From assembly GCA_001662655.1 (NCBI GenBank), contig KV460278.1: DNA of 64,000 nucleotides; one strand, 5' to 3'. Below are positions 12,543 through 25,120 of the stretch, one piece after another. The number at the start of each line of letters is the position of its first letter. Positions within the stretch are counted from its first letter, which is position 1. The position numbers and the translations under genes are program-made. The notes under the pieces were generated by a model. The model had not been told where the DNA came from. It saw nothing but the letters and a program-made list of their open reading frames with translations, and made no database searches. Origin of the DNA: Pseudogymnoascus verrucosus (taxonomy: Eukaryota).

Positions 12543-15166
12543 ATGGCGGGAGCCCCTCCAACTGGCAGGTCCATATTCCCACGCGGGCCCAACTTCAACT
12601 TGGAGACCTTTTCCGACACCAACTTCATTGTGAAAGATTTTGTTGAGAGCCTCTCGGAGAGCACGATACCAATCAATCGTCGATCTGCGCCAGCATCACA
12701 GCAAGCTTTCGATCCCAAACCTTTGATCCGCGCGTTTGAGGGTACGTGTTCCTTATAGCTGTCCATTGGCTGTGACTGACACTGATATGTATAGGCGCAT
12801 TGTCGCAGCTTGCGACCCTATCGGACGATTTAGAAGAGCGCGAGACAGAGCTCCAAACAGCGGTGCGACGAGCAGAAATTGAACATGAGAAAACGCTGGA
12901 CAGCCTTGGGAGGAAACTGGACCAATCTATAAACTCATACGAAAAACTCGAGGGATCCTTAAACCAAGGAGGGGTACAAGAGAGCGAACGGAACAGTCAA
13001 ACAGATGCAGGAGGGAATGTTGCCGTCCAACTCGGCGAGAAGCTGGAGGATTTGGACAAGCAGCGAAGGCGTGCACTGGACGCCCAATTCTTGATACAGT
13101 GCTGGCTCGAGGTGAGCGACACTGGCGAGCTCACATCCTTGGAGGAAGTGCGAAGACAAGGAAATGGAGAAGGCAAAGTCCGATGCGCCGTCATAGCCAG
13201 GCAACTTATGAGGATCAGCCAGAGGCTTGATCCGAAATCATGGCGGCAAGCAAACACAGGAAAGAAATTGAAAGTGGCTGTGGATGAGCCTGAGGAGCGC
13301 GGTGGATACAATACGAAAGAGCTGATAGAGAAGTTCTCAGAAACATTGGAGAAGGACCTTCTCACGCAGTTTGATGTAAGTTATCGGAAGCAGAACTACG
13401 ACAATATGATGGAATGCGCCAAAGTGCTACGGGACTTCAATGGCGGTTCCAGTGTCGTGGCTTTGTTTGTCAATCAACATCAGTTCTTTATCGATAGGAA
13501 CCAACTGATTACAGAAGAGGTGGTAACTGATGGCGACACCTGGGAACGGCTTGCGGATCCAGATGTAGAACCTCCAGGCGTTGAACCCAGCTTGCAATCT
13601 CTAGTTGACGAAGTCAAGATCGTTATGCAGGAGGAGTCATTCATCATGAAGCGCGCATTCCCATATTATGATGTGGTGCTCGCAAAATTTACCCAAAGAG
13701 TGTTCCAGCAATCTATACAACAAAGGCTGGAAATGGTATTGGAGAATGCGGATACTATCTCATCCCTAGCATTCCTACGGTCACTACACGCCTCGAGAGC
13801 CTATATTAACAGCCTTGTCGAAGATTTAAAATCACACGGCCTTACTGAACACCCTGATTCCTGCTCTGCGGCAACAACACTGGTGCTGGAACAACAGGTC
13901 GATGAGCTCTTCATCCCCTACCTTGTTGGCTCATCATACATCGACCGAGAATGCCGGAGTCTAGAAGAGCTTTACTCCTCCTTGTTGTTCAAATTTACTA
14001 TATACCACTCCAGGCGGAAGAAGACTCCCACCGGATTCATGGCATCATTAGCCCAGCAGGGCACTCAGCTACTGGCGACCGCCAAAGACGCCTATATTGA
14101 CCGACTTGATTCATCCGAGCTTACACCAACTCAGAAAGCCATGATGTTGAGAGTTGCCGGCTTAAAAGGAAACGAAAACAAGAACGAAATTGAAGTCTCG
14201 GAGGAGGATGGAGTTCTGAGCATCCCTAATGCAAAGCGCATGCTAAAGTGGCTTGCGGAAGGCGTTCGAAGAGCTCTTGAGCTTAGTGGCGGCAGCGACA
14301 CCCCGAAAGATGTCTCTGTTCTTCTGACTATGCTTTTGACGAGCATGGGACAGGTGTACGTGGAGACTGCCTTAGACGCTGCAAACGACCAAGGGTTAGC
14401 ACAGGAATCGTCGAAGATAGAACCTGACCTTGCATATTTCCCAGCATTACGACAAGCAATCACTATTACAAACCTGATGAACCGATTCATTAACACGGTT
14501 CTGATCCGCCTCGCTGAAACCAACACGACTGTCCGACGTGACATGGAAAACAAGACAAAAGAGGCTGTGAAGCGTATGGAAGACAAGACAAGTGCCGTCA
14601 TCCAAAAAACCATTGATGTTGTTGCCAGCTGGGTCACCAAGGTTCTCGCTAGCCAGAAGAAATTAGACTTCCGTCCTCGGGATGCTGACCTCGATATCGG
14701 CCGTGGCGGAACCAGTTACCTCGAGCAGCTGCAAACTCCTACCTGCGCAGCTATATGCACATTTCTTACCAAGACCAACCATGTCGCGGCTCAGGCTCTC
14801 GACGGCCAAAACTTTGAGATTTTTAACTCCGAGCTAGCCATCTGCATTCGCGATCTCCTCTTCGAACATTTCAAGAAGTTCCAGGTCAACGCCACTGGTG
14901 GACTGATGGTAACCAAGGATATGTCTAAGTATACATCTACTCTGAAGGAGTGGCGATTAAAGAAGGATGTCGAGAGCAGTTTGGACATTCTAAGCGACAT
15001 AGGCAGCATATTCATTATCGGCTCAGAGGCTCTCAGGGAGAGGTCGAAGAACATCCAAACAGGGCCTATGAACAAGGGCCTTGATAAGCCGGATTTCCGG
15101 GCCTTTGTGAGCAAGAGAGATGATTCGAATAGTCTTGGCATTCAAAAGGTGCTCGCCGGTCTATAG
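12543..15166 (+). CDS. SEC10: Exocyst complex component Sec10
   Basis: FDPKPLIRAFE, IEKFSETLEKDLL, LRDFNGGSSVV...FVNQHQFFI, QKKLDFRP and HFKKFQVNATGGL. Intron 12742-12794. Confidence 0.93.
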
Positions 15167-15437
15167 ATTGGCTTATGATGGGTGGCGTTTGGATAGGACT
15201 GGGGCCACGGATGGGGGTGCACGGCGCACTGGACATGAGAAAAATGATCTGTTTAACCATTTGTATAAAACACATGTTATAGTTGAGATTGAACTTCCTT
15301 TCGATCCTATTCTGAATACCCGATGTTGTACAGCCCTGCCATTTCTAGTTTCCCCATACGCCAATTGTAGTTTCCCTTGCTATGTATATTACACTATGCC
15401 GCTGCATCCGATTTGTTGTACACCTGGTTTTGTGCGC

Positions 15438-15764
15438 TTACGGCAGGTTGAAGCCGAAGCTTGCCATGCAGCTCTTGTACTTGTCGATCGTGGTAGCGCA
15501 GTCCTTCTGAGCGTCGTTGGATTTGCTGAAGAGCATGCACTCATCACGGATGGCCTTTTCCTCTTTGCATACGCAGCATGGCTATGGAATATTAGCCCTG
15601 TCGGTAGTTATGGGGATAAGGTGAGCTTCATACCTTCGGCTTGCTTTCCGACTTGAGTGGCGCCGCGATGGTCGCGCTGGATGTGGATGCTTTCAAACAG
15701 TCAGTAATCATACTTCCATAGGCAATTGATTGGACTCACGGAGCTGGATTGATGCTGAAGACAT
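15438..15764 (-). CDS. COX17: Cytochrome c oxidase copper chaperone, 74 aa, 3 exons (not in the ORF track)
   Basis: Exons 15764-15740, 15689-15634 and 15581-15438 splice to MSSASIQLPSTSSATIAAPLKSESKPKPCCVCKEEKAIRDECMLFSKSNDAQKDCATTIDKYKSCMASFGFNLP, containing the KPCCxC copper motif and twin Cx9C. Confidence 0.95.
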
Positions 15765-16080
15765 TGTGGCTTTCTATTTCTCGATAGTTATTGTATGTTG
15801 ATGTGAGCAAGTTTTCTGGATGGATATATGGCGGCATTAGCTAATTTGTCAGCCTGGTCACTGGTAGCCTCGGGGCGTCTCCTCGGCCACGGAAAAATGA
15901 ATTCCCCTGAATTGGGCACTGTCATTAAAGTTATGCGCCATCAGATACGGCTACCCCACCAACCAAAACTACCCCCCCTTTGCAAGTCAACAGACCGACT
16001 TTTTCCACAACCTCATAACACTTTCAAGATCGCGAGACTTATTCCTGTCCTAACGCACATCCCTTTGAATAACGCGAAAA

Positions 16081-17395
16081 ATGGCGAACGCAACCAAGGT
16101 TTTCTCCCTCGAGGGCAAGGGCATCAAGTTCAACACCGCCGAAGATGTAGAACCTCACATCAAAGCTCTCCGCGAGATGGACGACGTGGAGGAGGTGCGC
16201 CTTCAAGGCAACACCGTCGGAATCGAAGCCGCCGCCGCCTTCGCTGACGTTTTCCGCACCAAGAAGACTCTCCAAGTAAGTCCCCCCACCTTCCTTCTCC
16301 CACCATACCAGACCCCTAACACAACCCCACCAGGTCGCCAACCTCGCCGACATCTTCACCGGCCGCCTCCTCTCTGAGATCCCCACCGCCCTCTCCTCCC
16401 TGCTCACCTCCCTCCTCGAGCTCCCCAACCTCCACACCGTAAACCTCAACGACAACGCCTTTGGCCTGAACATGCAAGCGCCCCTCGTCGCCTTCCTCTC
16501 CTCACACACACCCCTTCGCCACCTGTACCTCAACAACAACGGCCTCGGCCCCCACGCTGGAATCATGGTCGCCGATGCGCTGTCCGAGTTGCACGCCAAG
16601 AAGGTCGCCGCGCGCGCGGCAGGCACCGATGTCCCAGATCTCGAGACTGTGATCTGTGGCCGTAACAGACTTGAGAGCGGGTCTATGCTCGCGTGGGCCA
16701 AGGCGTTCAGCTTGCACACGGGCGTTCAGGAGGTGAAGATGGTGCAGAATGGGATTCGTACTGAGGGGACTGTGCACCTGATCTCCGACGGTTTGCGCCA
16801 CGCTAAGGGCCTCCGCGTGCTTGATCTGCAGGATAACCTTTTCACAATTCTGGGAGCGAGAGCGCTTGCCAAGGCTGTAACGGGATGGGAGGATATTGAG
16901 GAGATTGGAGCGAGCGATACGCTTTGGGGCGCTAGGGGAGGTGTGGTGTTGGCGCAGGCGTTGGCGGGTGGCAAGAACAAGAAGTTGCATACGTTGAGGA
17001 TGCAGTATAATGATATTAACGCGAAGGGGCTGAAGGTGTTGACGGAGACGATTAAGTTGGCGCTGCCGGCGATGAAGAGGGTGGAGTTGAATGGGAATAA
17101 GTTCTCGGAGGATGATTGGGCGCTTCAGGAGCTGAGGGAGCTGTTGGAGGAGAGGAAGGAGAAGTTTGGGGGAGATGTGGTGGTTGAAGATGATTGGGGA
17201 ATTGATGAGTTGGATGAGCTTGATAGTGATGAGGAAGAGGAGGAAGAAGAAGAGGAGGAGGAGGAAGAGGCTGAGGAGAGGAGAGAGAAGCTGATTGAGG
17301 AGCAAGAGGAGGCTCAAGAAGAGCCGGTGATCCAGAAGAAGGATAAGGAGGTGGATGAGTTGGCGGAGGCGCTGGCTAAGAAGGTTGAGATCTAG
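16081..17395 (+). CDS. RNA1: Ran GTPase-activating protein
   Basis: Leucine-rich repeats, DIFTGRL catalytic region, ICGRNRLESG and an acidic tail. Intron 16276-16333. Confidence 0.95.
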
Positions 17396-17738
17396 ACGAG
17401 ACAGGCATTCGAAGATGAGAAGTAGATACAGGCATACGATGAAGGGTCCTGATGGCGTTGTGTAAATGTCGGTGTTGGTTTGGCCAGGAGATGGGGCCTT
17501 TTTTGCGTTTAGCGTAGATGAAATGCATATATCATAAAATTCAACAGACGCGAGCGCATCAGGAACTATAACTACTATTTACGTGCTTGTGAATAAACGC
17601 TGCAAGCCGGTGACCGGCTATGGGAGGTTTGCTAGTCAAACATAATAAAAAAGAAACAGTGGGGAAATAACAATAAAATTTGGTGGAAGATATTATTATA
17701 TTCAAAGCACCAATCCTTTATTCTAACCCCTTCCCCAT

Positions 17739-19354
17739 TTATACCTTCGCAAAAGCAACCTCAGCCGGTATCCTAAAACTCGCGCAAAACATCCTCTTCA
17801 ACGGCGCCACATCCCTCACATCATGCACCCTGACCCTCCCCTCCGCCACCTCCCCCACCGCCTCCTTCCTCTTCCTCGGATCCCCTTCCACCTTCTCCAC
17901 CGCCCCCTCAAACTCCATCTTCGTCCCAAGCATCTCACTCACGATCCCCGAGATCTCAATCCCCTCCTTCACATTATCCTCCGACTTGGTGGAAAAGCAG
18001 TGGACGTGCACCATCGGCAGCTTTGTCGACGTGTGCGGCGCGAAGAGAGACTCGTGGCCGGCGTAGATGCCGCGGAAGGCGGGGAGGAAGGTAAGGGCTG
18101 TGGCGGGGAGGTTCATGACGAAGTGCGAGATTGTTTGTGGGATCTCGATGGAGGTGGGTGGGATGGGGTCGGGGCGGACTTTTTGGGAGCGCGACATACG
18201 CGGTTGTTTGGAGGGGATGGAAACTTTGTTCTCCCCGGCCTTAGAGAGCGCAAGCAGGTCTTGCGCGCACTGGTGGATGAATTTGTGCCCGTCTGTGTTG
18301 AAAGCGCGGATGTAGGGTTCGACTTTATTCAAAGTCGTAGCATCGCGCAGGGCAGCGATACTGGCGGGGTTAAGATCATTAGCCCAGACAAAGACGCCCT
18401 TCTTCGCAGCGGGGAGCGCGAACGGGCCTACGCCCGCCATAACATCGCAGACTACCGATCCGGGGTCGAAGAGAGCGACGAGGCGGCGGTGCTCGGTGTT
18501 CAGCCGGCTGTTCCAGTAGACCTGCGAGTAGTCGAAGCGGAAGGTGCAGTCTTCCTCGCGGATCTCGACGTTGAGGTCGTCAACGCCGGCGAGGAGCTCG
18601 TAGCTGAAGGTGCGGAACTCGGATTTGTCCCCGACGTCGTCGATTTTGTTGATTACGGTGCGGATGGTGGGGTTCTTGTCCATGAGGACTTCGGCGATGA
18701 GGTTCTTGAAGGGGAGGTAGGCTTCGCGGATGTTGAGGTGGGCTGAGGACGTGTCAGTTTTGGTCTTATAGATAAAGGGGTAGGGGAACATACCGACGTG
18801 TCCGACTATGCTGAAGCCGACTGGGATCTCTTCTTGTGAGTCTTCTGGTAAGATGGATTTCATGATATCAACTAGACACTGTCAGTACGCAACCCCTGTC
18901 TGCCCCGCGCCAACGCACTTACGGTAGTTCCAGTAATTATAATCCAACGTCAACTCATACGGCATAACACTCATCTCCTTCGCCTCCACAGCCTGCTTCA
19001 AGATAGCACTCCATGTCGTAGGATCCTCAGGCTTAACCTCTGGCTTAAGAAGCAAGCACTTCCCCCCCTTCGCCGCAAGCGCTGGATCCGGGTCCTCTCT
19101 AACCGCAGAAACCCTATCCACCCTCAACAACTCCTTGCTCTTGTCTAGCTTTCCCCTCGACGCCGATATGAGTTTATGATCCGTTATCCTTGCCGCAGCA
19201 ATAGGGAATGTCCGTGTGAAGAGGGTCCGATCCAGGACAGCGGCGGCGGATCGGACGATAGGGGGCCGGAACATGTCGTTTGCGCTGGCACTTTCGACTG
19301 ACTGCCGCCCATATTAGCCCTGGTCCCAGAAACGGTATTAAAAATACTTACCAT
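17739..19354 (-). CDS. TRM5: tRNA (guanine37-N1)-methyltransferase
   Basis: AHLNIR, VYWNSRLNTEH, DVMAGVGPFA, ANDLNP, HFVMNLP and VRDVAP.KRMFCASF. Introns 19302-19351 (after an ATG-only exon), 18872-18922 and 18743-18793. Confidence 0.93.
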
Positions 19355-20370
19355 TGTATTTATGAGGAGTAGTTGTTCTCGGCGCGGCGACAGCGCATCT
19401 CCAAGAAATTTGGCCTTGCGTTCGGCGAGGCTGACGCGCTAGTCGCGAGGCTGTGGAAATATTTCTTCAGCCTCGAGTTAGAGGCCACGACGGCGGCGAC
19501 AAGGGGTGAAACGACGTATCATTTTAACAGGACTCGGGGAAGATGCAAGCCTGTGCCGTGCTCCATCGTGGGGTACAGTATACTGGAGAAGCGGATTCAA
19601 GCATGTAGGGCTACAGTAGCATATCCGCGAGAGACACGGGGTGGCGTCAACCTGCATCGTTACTATTTACAGTTACTGTGTCGTATTTTAAGACCTACAG
19701 CCACCTCATCAAGACAAATCGCAGTGTTTCAAATCACAACAACATCTGTGAAACCGGAAGTGAGCAATTCCAGTTAATTGATTTCTGAAACGAGAATCTC
19801 CCTCATTCCAACGGGTTGCTGCTATCCCGACCGACCACTCCCTCCCTACATGGGCCGGCTCAATACTATGATACATCATGGCTCCCTCCGTCAACCACCA
19901 AATAAACGGAAAACAAACAAAGTTTTAAATACATGAAGAGGTAAGTTTTTGCGCCACCATGCATGGAACAGCCCATCTAAAACTCCCAAACCAAACACCC
20001 AGAATGAAGGGCGGGTCCAACACGCGTCGCATCGTGCATGCGATGGGACGTGGACGCGAAGTGAGTCAAGAAAGTGAAACAGCGGAAAGGAAGATAAAAT
20101 TTGCATCTTTAATGCCCGGCGCGTGAGAGAGCGCGTTTCCCTTTTGATCGATCATTTGAAGGCGTGCTCGTTGATGTTCCAGCCAGATTATGGATTATAT
20201 GGTACAAGAAGGTAGGCGTTATTGACGTGGTATATTTGCGAACAAGGCGTGGGTATCATGACCCGTCGAGGGCCGACAATGCGAGAACATATAACAAAAG
20301 TGTCGCCGTGGGGAGAAAGGAGTGTCTTGGTGCGTATATAGGTTTGTGTGAGGCTCCCGAGACTAGCTCA

Positions 20371-21874
20371 TCACAGCCTTACTTTCTGCCCAGTCAACTT
20401 GAACCAGATAACGGCGACAATCTCCTCCTTGAACAGCTCCCATGGGTTGCGGTTAAGCAGGTTGCTCAGTTCTCGGTAGTTGTACATCTCTCCCCAGCAA
20501 TCGCGTCCCCACTCGCAGCCTGCCATGTTGACTAGGAAATCACGGCCCTTTCGGTCGTAGTGAATTAGAGGATCGTTGCCGTGGCTGTTGCAGGCGTCAG
20601 GCGGGAATGAGTTTGCTTTGCGTTGTTCGATGAATGCAGTGTGTGGCCTGATCCACGGCTGAGCGGAGTACATGAACTCCAAGGCATCCTGTTCCTTGTG
20701 CTCCCATTCCATGTGCTTCTGCTCGTAGGCTACCGGGTCCCACCAGACGTCAAGCAGGCGGTCGGTCCATGGGCTGCGCTTGACGAAGAAGGAGCCAAGG
20801 TTGAAGCCACTGCAATCTTGCGGCACTACCAAGTTGATAGAATTGGCCTTTCCGTCGCCGACGGGAGACAATGATTTCTCGTCCAGGTATTTATCGGTGA
20901 ACGGATGGCTGATGTTGAGCGGGTTGTAGTGGTTAATATCTCGGTAGGTGTTGGCTGCGAGGTTGTTGAAGATGTGGGACTGGAGGGAGTAGGATGGCTC
21001 CATAATAAACGTATTCAAGTCCAGCCACCAGAACCTATATCTGTCAGTAAATCAAAGCTGCGTAATATCGGAGTATCACCCACCATTCAGCATCAGGGTA
21101 CTTTGTCAAGCAGTTCCTGATGGTGTCCACCTTCTCCCAGCTCTCTCGCCATTCATGTGCGTATCGTTTCTTCGTGCTCATATCCACAATCTCCAAGTCG
21201 TAACCCCATCTCGCCGCGTATCTGCGCTTATTTCGTATGCTGTCTCGTTCAATCGCCCATTCGCGAGGGCCCTTCCATTCCATCACTCCTCCTCCTTGGT
21301 TTGCTGCCAATATAATGACAAACTTCTTACCGCCTCCCAATAAAGGCGCTCTACGCCAGTAGTAATGCAACGCTGTGTAACTGTCAGTACTCGCCAGATC
21401 GACCAATTTTCACAATAACTTACGAGTCGTGTAAAAGAGAATCGTTGCGAAGATCAGTCCAAAGACGATCAAAAAGCGAAGTCTGAACTTCTGAAATGTG
21501 TTTATGGAAAAGTTTGCCAATCGGCCGAGTTTGCTGCTCCTGTTGGGCATCCACCGCCCACGGCCCAGCTTCTCCTTCTCAGCGTACTTCGAATCGTCTG
21601 GGGTGATCACGAATTTGGGCAAGCTAGTTGAGATGTTGCGCATGTGTCTGCTGAAAAAGCCATTGTTCTGTGTCGAGAAGGAGGGATACCCGCCATTGAC
21701 TTTCGAGCTCTTTTTCCTTGCGCCATCCCACGTCACGCTGTTAGTGTTCGCATTCGCCCCGCGCAATCCAGTGGCAGGACTTGCCCGCCCGCTCGTTTCG
21801 ACATAATTTGTCGTGAGCCCAGGGCTGGACCATCCGCCGTCCTCGTTGGGAGACGGCGACCGTGAGAGCGACAT
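20371..21874 (-). CDS. MNN10: GT34 glycosyltransferase, Golgi alpha-1,6-mannosyltransferase Mnn10-like
   Basis: Type II TM segment, WRESWEKVD, AEWFWWLDLNTFIM, QDCSGFNLGSF, WEHKEQDAL and DFLVNMAGCEWGR. Introns 21373-21423 and 21035-21083. Confidence 0.9.
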
Positions 21875-22556
21875 CGAGGGATTGGGTGTGCCTGCTCGTG
21901 TTTGTTAGCTACAGCTTCTGCGAAAATGGTTTGTTGTCGCTGGGGGTGGGAGTTGACGTGCCTGGAATGGGAGAGAGAGAAGAGCCTCCGCCGCGCCCTC
22001 GTGCTGAAGCGTCGTTCGCGTCCTGGACGTTGAGAGTCTGTGGAATGTGAGGAATGCCAGCAGCAGCTGATGATCTCCGTCGCCGATGTGAGAAAGATGA
22101 AACTTGCGACGAAGACGACGTCGAGACGGGAGTGGAGGTAGCCAGAGCGAAGGCTGAGAGATACACCAGAGGGTCGGGGACCGTCTGGTGGTTGTCGCTG
22201 TGGCTGATGGGATAGTATGTAGTGCTCACAGCACGAACACAAAAGATAAGCGACTGCGACTACGTACGCCTTGTACTCGGGGCAAGTCGAGTATGGGGGG
22301 GAAGCAGGGGTGTAGGTTCCGGTCGATAGAAGCCGTATCGTATCGACGTACAGTATGTACAGTTGGCGCGGAGTTTGCAGTAGTGATGTCTCTGGTGTGT
22401 CTAGCGGAACTATAGCGAAACTTATGATCGGGTTCAGGTGAGATAAGAGTAGGGTACAATGTTGAAAGCGGAGGAAGAAAAAGGGCTTTCGAGGCTGTAT
22501 ATGTCTATCTCCTCTTTTTCCCACTTCAGATACTTTTCCTGTACGAGGGAGGAGAG

Positions 22557-22875
22557 AGTAGTAGTAGTAGTACTATAGTACTATAGTGCGGTAATCGTCG
22601 CAAGGGGTTAGAGTGACAGTGAGTGGCCAGATGTCGATGGTGGGATTTTGGGCGCTGTGGGTGCTCATGGGTGCTAATGGGTGCTAATGGGTGCTGTGGC
22701 TTTCGTATTCGACCGCTTTTTGCAAGGCTAGTAGGGCTAGGACTACTCCAGTATGGACGATGATGGACGTTGGACGAGTAGTAATCGAGTTGGCTGGAGC
22801 TGTTATGGAGTGTATGGAGTAGTATGATTGATTACTACTAGTATGGCGTAGTATAGTATGGGCGTGGTAGTATGG
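22557..22875. repeat. Low-complexity (GTA)n/AGTAT-rich tract with a 10-bp tandem (ATGGGTGCTA) x3-4 at ~22660-22697
   Basis: Directly visible: gtagtagtagtag and gggtgctcatgggtgctaatgggtgctaatgggtgctg. Confidence 0.7.
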
Positions 22876-25120
22876 ATGTTGCGATCAGCCCGCAGCTAGA
22901 GGTACATTACGAAAGTAAGAGTACATCCAATGATTGCAATGCTTTTATCCCCTCAATCCCCCCAACGAGCTTATCGGCAGAGCAACACGAGAGAAACTGA
23001 AATTGCAAATGTTAAGTAAGTATAATGTAATGTGGTCGGGCTACACTTTTATATGTACGGGGTAGGGGGGGAATAAGGTAAGTAAGTAATAACACAGTAT
23101 CTCAATTACAGATTGACAAAAAGGCAAAAGGATAAGAGAATCAGAGATGCACATTAAATGGAGAGCAGACATACATACTCTATAGGGATTGAAAGTATCC
23201 GCTCCCAACATTAGCATCTCCTTTTCTCTAGACACAACGAGATTACTTTTTGTTTTTTTTGTGGTCGATTGGCAAAAGACCTAATCTAGCTTACATGGTT
23301 GTTTTCGCCGAGAGCGGCATTTTACTGGTAGACCAGGGGGAGTAACAGCCCAAATATTACGGTAAGCGGAGAGAATGCCATCCCCTATTTCCACACAAAT
23401 ACCGCCCGTGGACCATGCCCTGGACTCCTTTCCCAGCTCTGACAGAAGCAAAGGCTGTTTTGTGGACACCGCTGCTCTCATTTGCTACTTGGCGGTGTCC
23501 ACGCCGTGCTTGGTATATCGATCGTCATTTCGTCCCCATGCATGGGGACGAGAAATTGAAGCGCCACAAGTAGCTTCCTCTAATTTCCTCAAAATCTTAC
23601 TTCTTTTTCTGCCCACGATGACACGGGGGAGTTAATTGGCAGAAAATGTGGACAGCAAGTGAATTACATATCTGACTTGGAAACTGTAGTACTGTAGTGC
23701 TGTAAACTGCCAACAGTCGGACAGGCAGTGGACACGTCTTCCTCTGCGCTGCTGTTTGATACCGTGAGGTGGCCAAGTATGACAATAATGGAGATGGTAG
23801 TGAAACGTTTCGAGGATAGTCATGTGACTATTGTTCCTTGGTAAGACCAACCTGAGTCTTGGGTTCACTCACAGCCAAGGACCGGCTGTAGATACTTACT
23901 CCATCAGTACGAGCGTGTCTCGGTGGGATCAACATGGCAAAGCGGCAAAAGTCTCGGCGAAGGGACAAGTCCGTCGTTCTTTCCTTTCTAGCCGCCTCAC
24001 GCTTCCACGTGCACATCTAGTAAATAAAAGGAAAGTGACGGCGCGTAACTAGATATTGCAGTACTGCAATGGTATATGGATAGTGAGCCGGCAATGGCAG
24101 TAACTGACATTAGATCGACTGATCGTTGTCTTTCAGAGCTTCGTCATCACGTGAGATACCACTCTTAACTGTGCAACAGTTGTGGACCAAGTAAGGCTGC
24201 AACACACAAAATTGCTTCCAGCCCTCTATTTCTGGCTCCTCGAATCCTTCTTCGCCATGGTCTGGCCACTCTCTACTCCGTATATTGTGTATGATGAGCA
24301 TGAAAGACTCGCGACCAATCACGTACCTCGTTGACCTGTCATGGAGAATTGACAACAGGCATGGGCCAAATGTTTGGGCGGCTAAGCGCCAACCATTGGC
24401 CACTCTAACATGACCTTAAGCCCCATACAGATGGCCGGCGCGTATGTCGACCTCACCTCCTACAATCAGCGTCAAACACACGGCCTGACGGATGGCCTTT
24501 TGGCCACTGAGTACGCGGCGATTGTCGCTGTGTGCTATGGATAGAATAAGTATGGATCAGGTGGGACAAGTCGCTCTTTTCCTTCTTTCGTGCATAGCTA
24601 GAGCGTAGACGCGTCCCAGGCATTTCAAAACCGTGACTCCGAACGCCATTGATTGCTCTTTCATCTCTCTTCTTAAAACTTCATCCTGACCTTTGTTGCG
24701 TGGCCTTGTTACGAGTGTGCTCTTTCTTTCCTTTCCTTGTCTCTGTCTCTGTGTTGCCTCTTTTCGCCTGATCATGGCAAGCCTCAACAAACAATAGCCT
24801 GCGACAATAGGAACTCCTCCCCCAATACCTTTCGTTTATTCAATAGCTTTGTTCTCTGGCACGCCTACCATTTGGCTCGAGACCCCCGCTCTTTACTCAA
24901 TATATTCTCGATACTTTCAATCTTCGTTTCAGTCAGACTTAGACAGTCAATTAAAGCATCACTCATGTCGATTCACACACATTCACTTCTATAACAACAA
25001 ACACAACCAAGACAACCTGTTTCCCTTGCTCTACCGAAGCCCTGACTTGCTCCGACAATAGCTTTGATAGCTACTCAACTCGCCATTCAAACTATCACAT
25101 ACTTGGGATCCAAGGCCAAT

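Noticed and set aside
17225..17325. (GAG/GAA)n repeat
   Set aside because: It encodes the normal acidic tail of RanGAP.
16502..18746. Long antisense ORFs (271 and 307 aa) opposite RNA1 and TRM5, and similar ones elsewhere
   Set aside because: They are shadows of biased codon usage in well-supported genes and have no recognisable motifs.
23010..23210. AT-rich segment ending in CCAACA, suggestive of a solo LTR
   Set aside because: The left end is ambiguous, there is no TSD and no second copy in the window.
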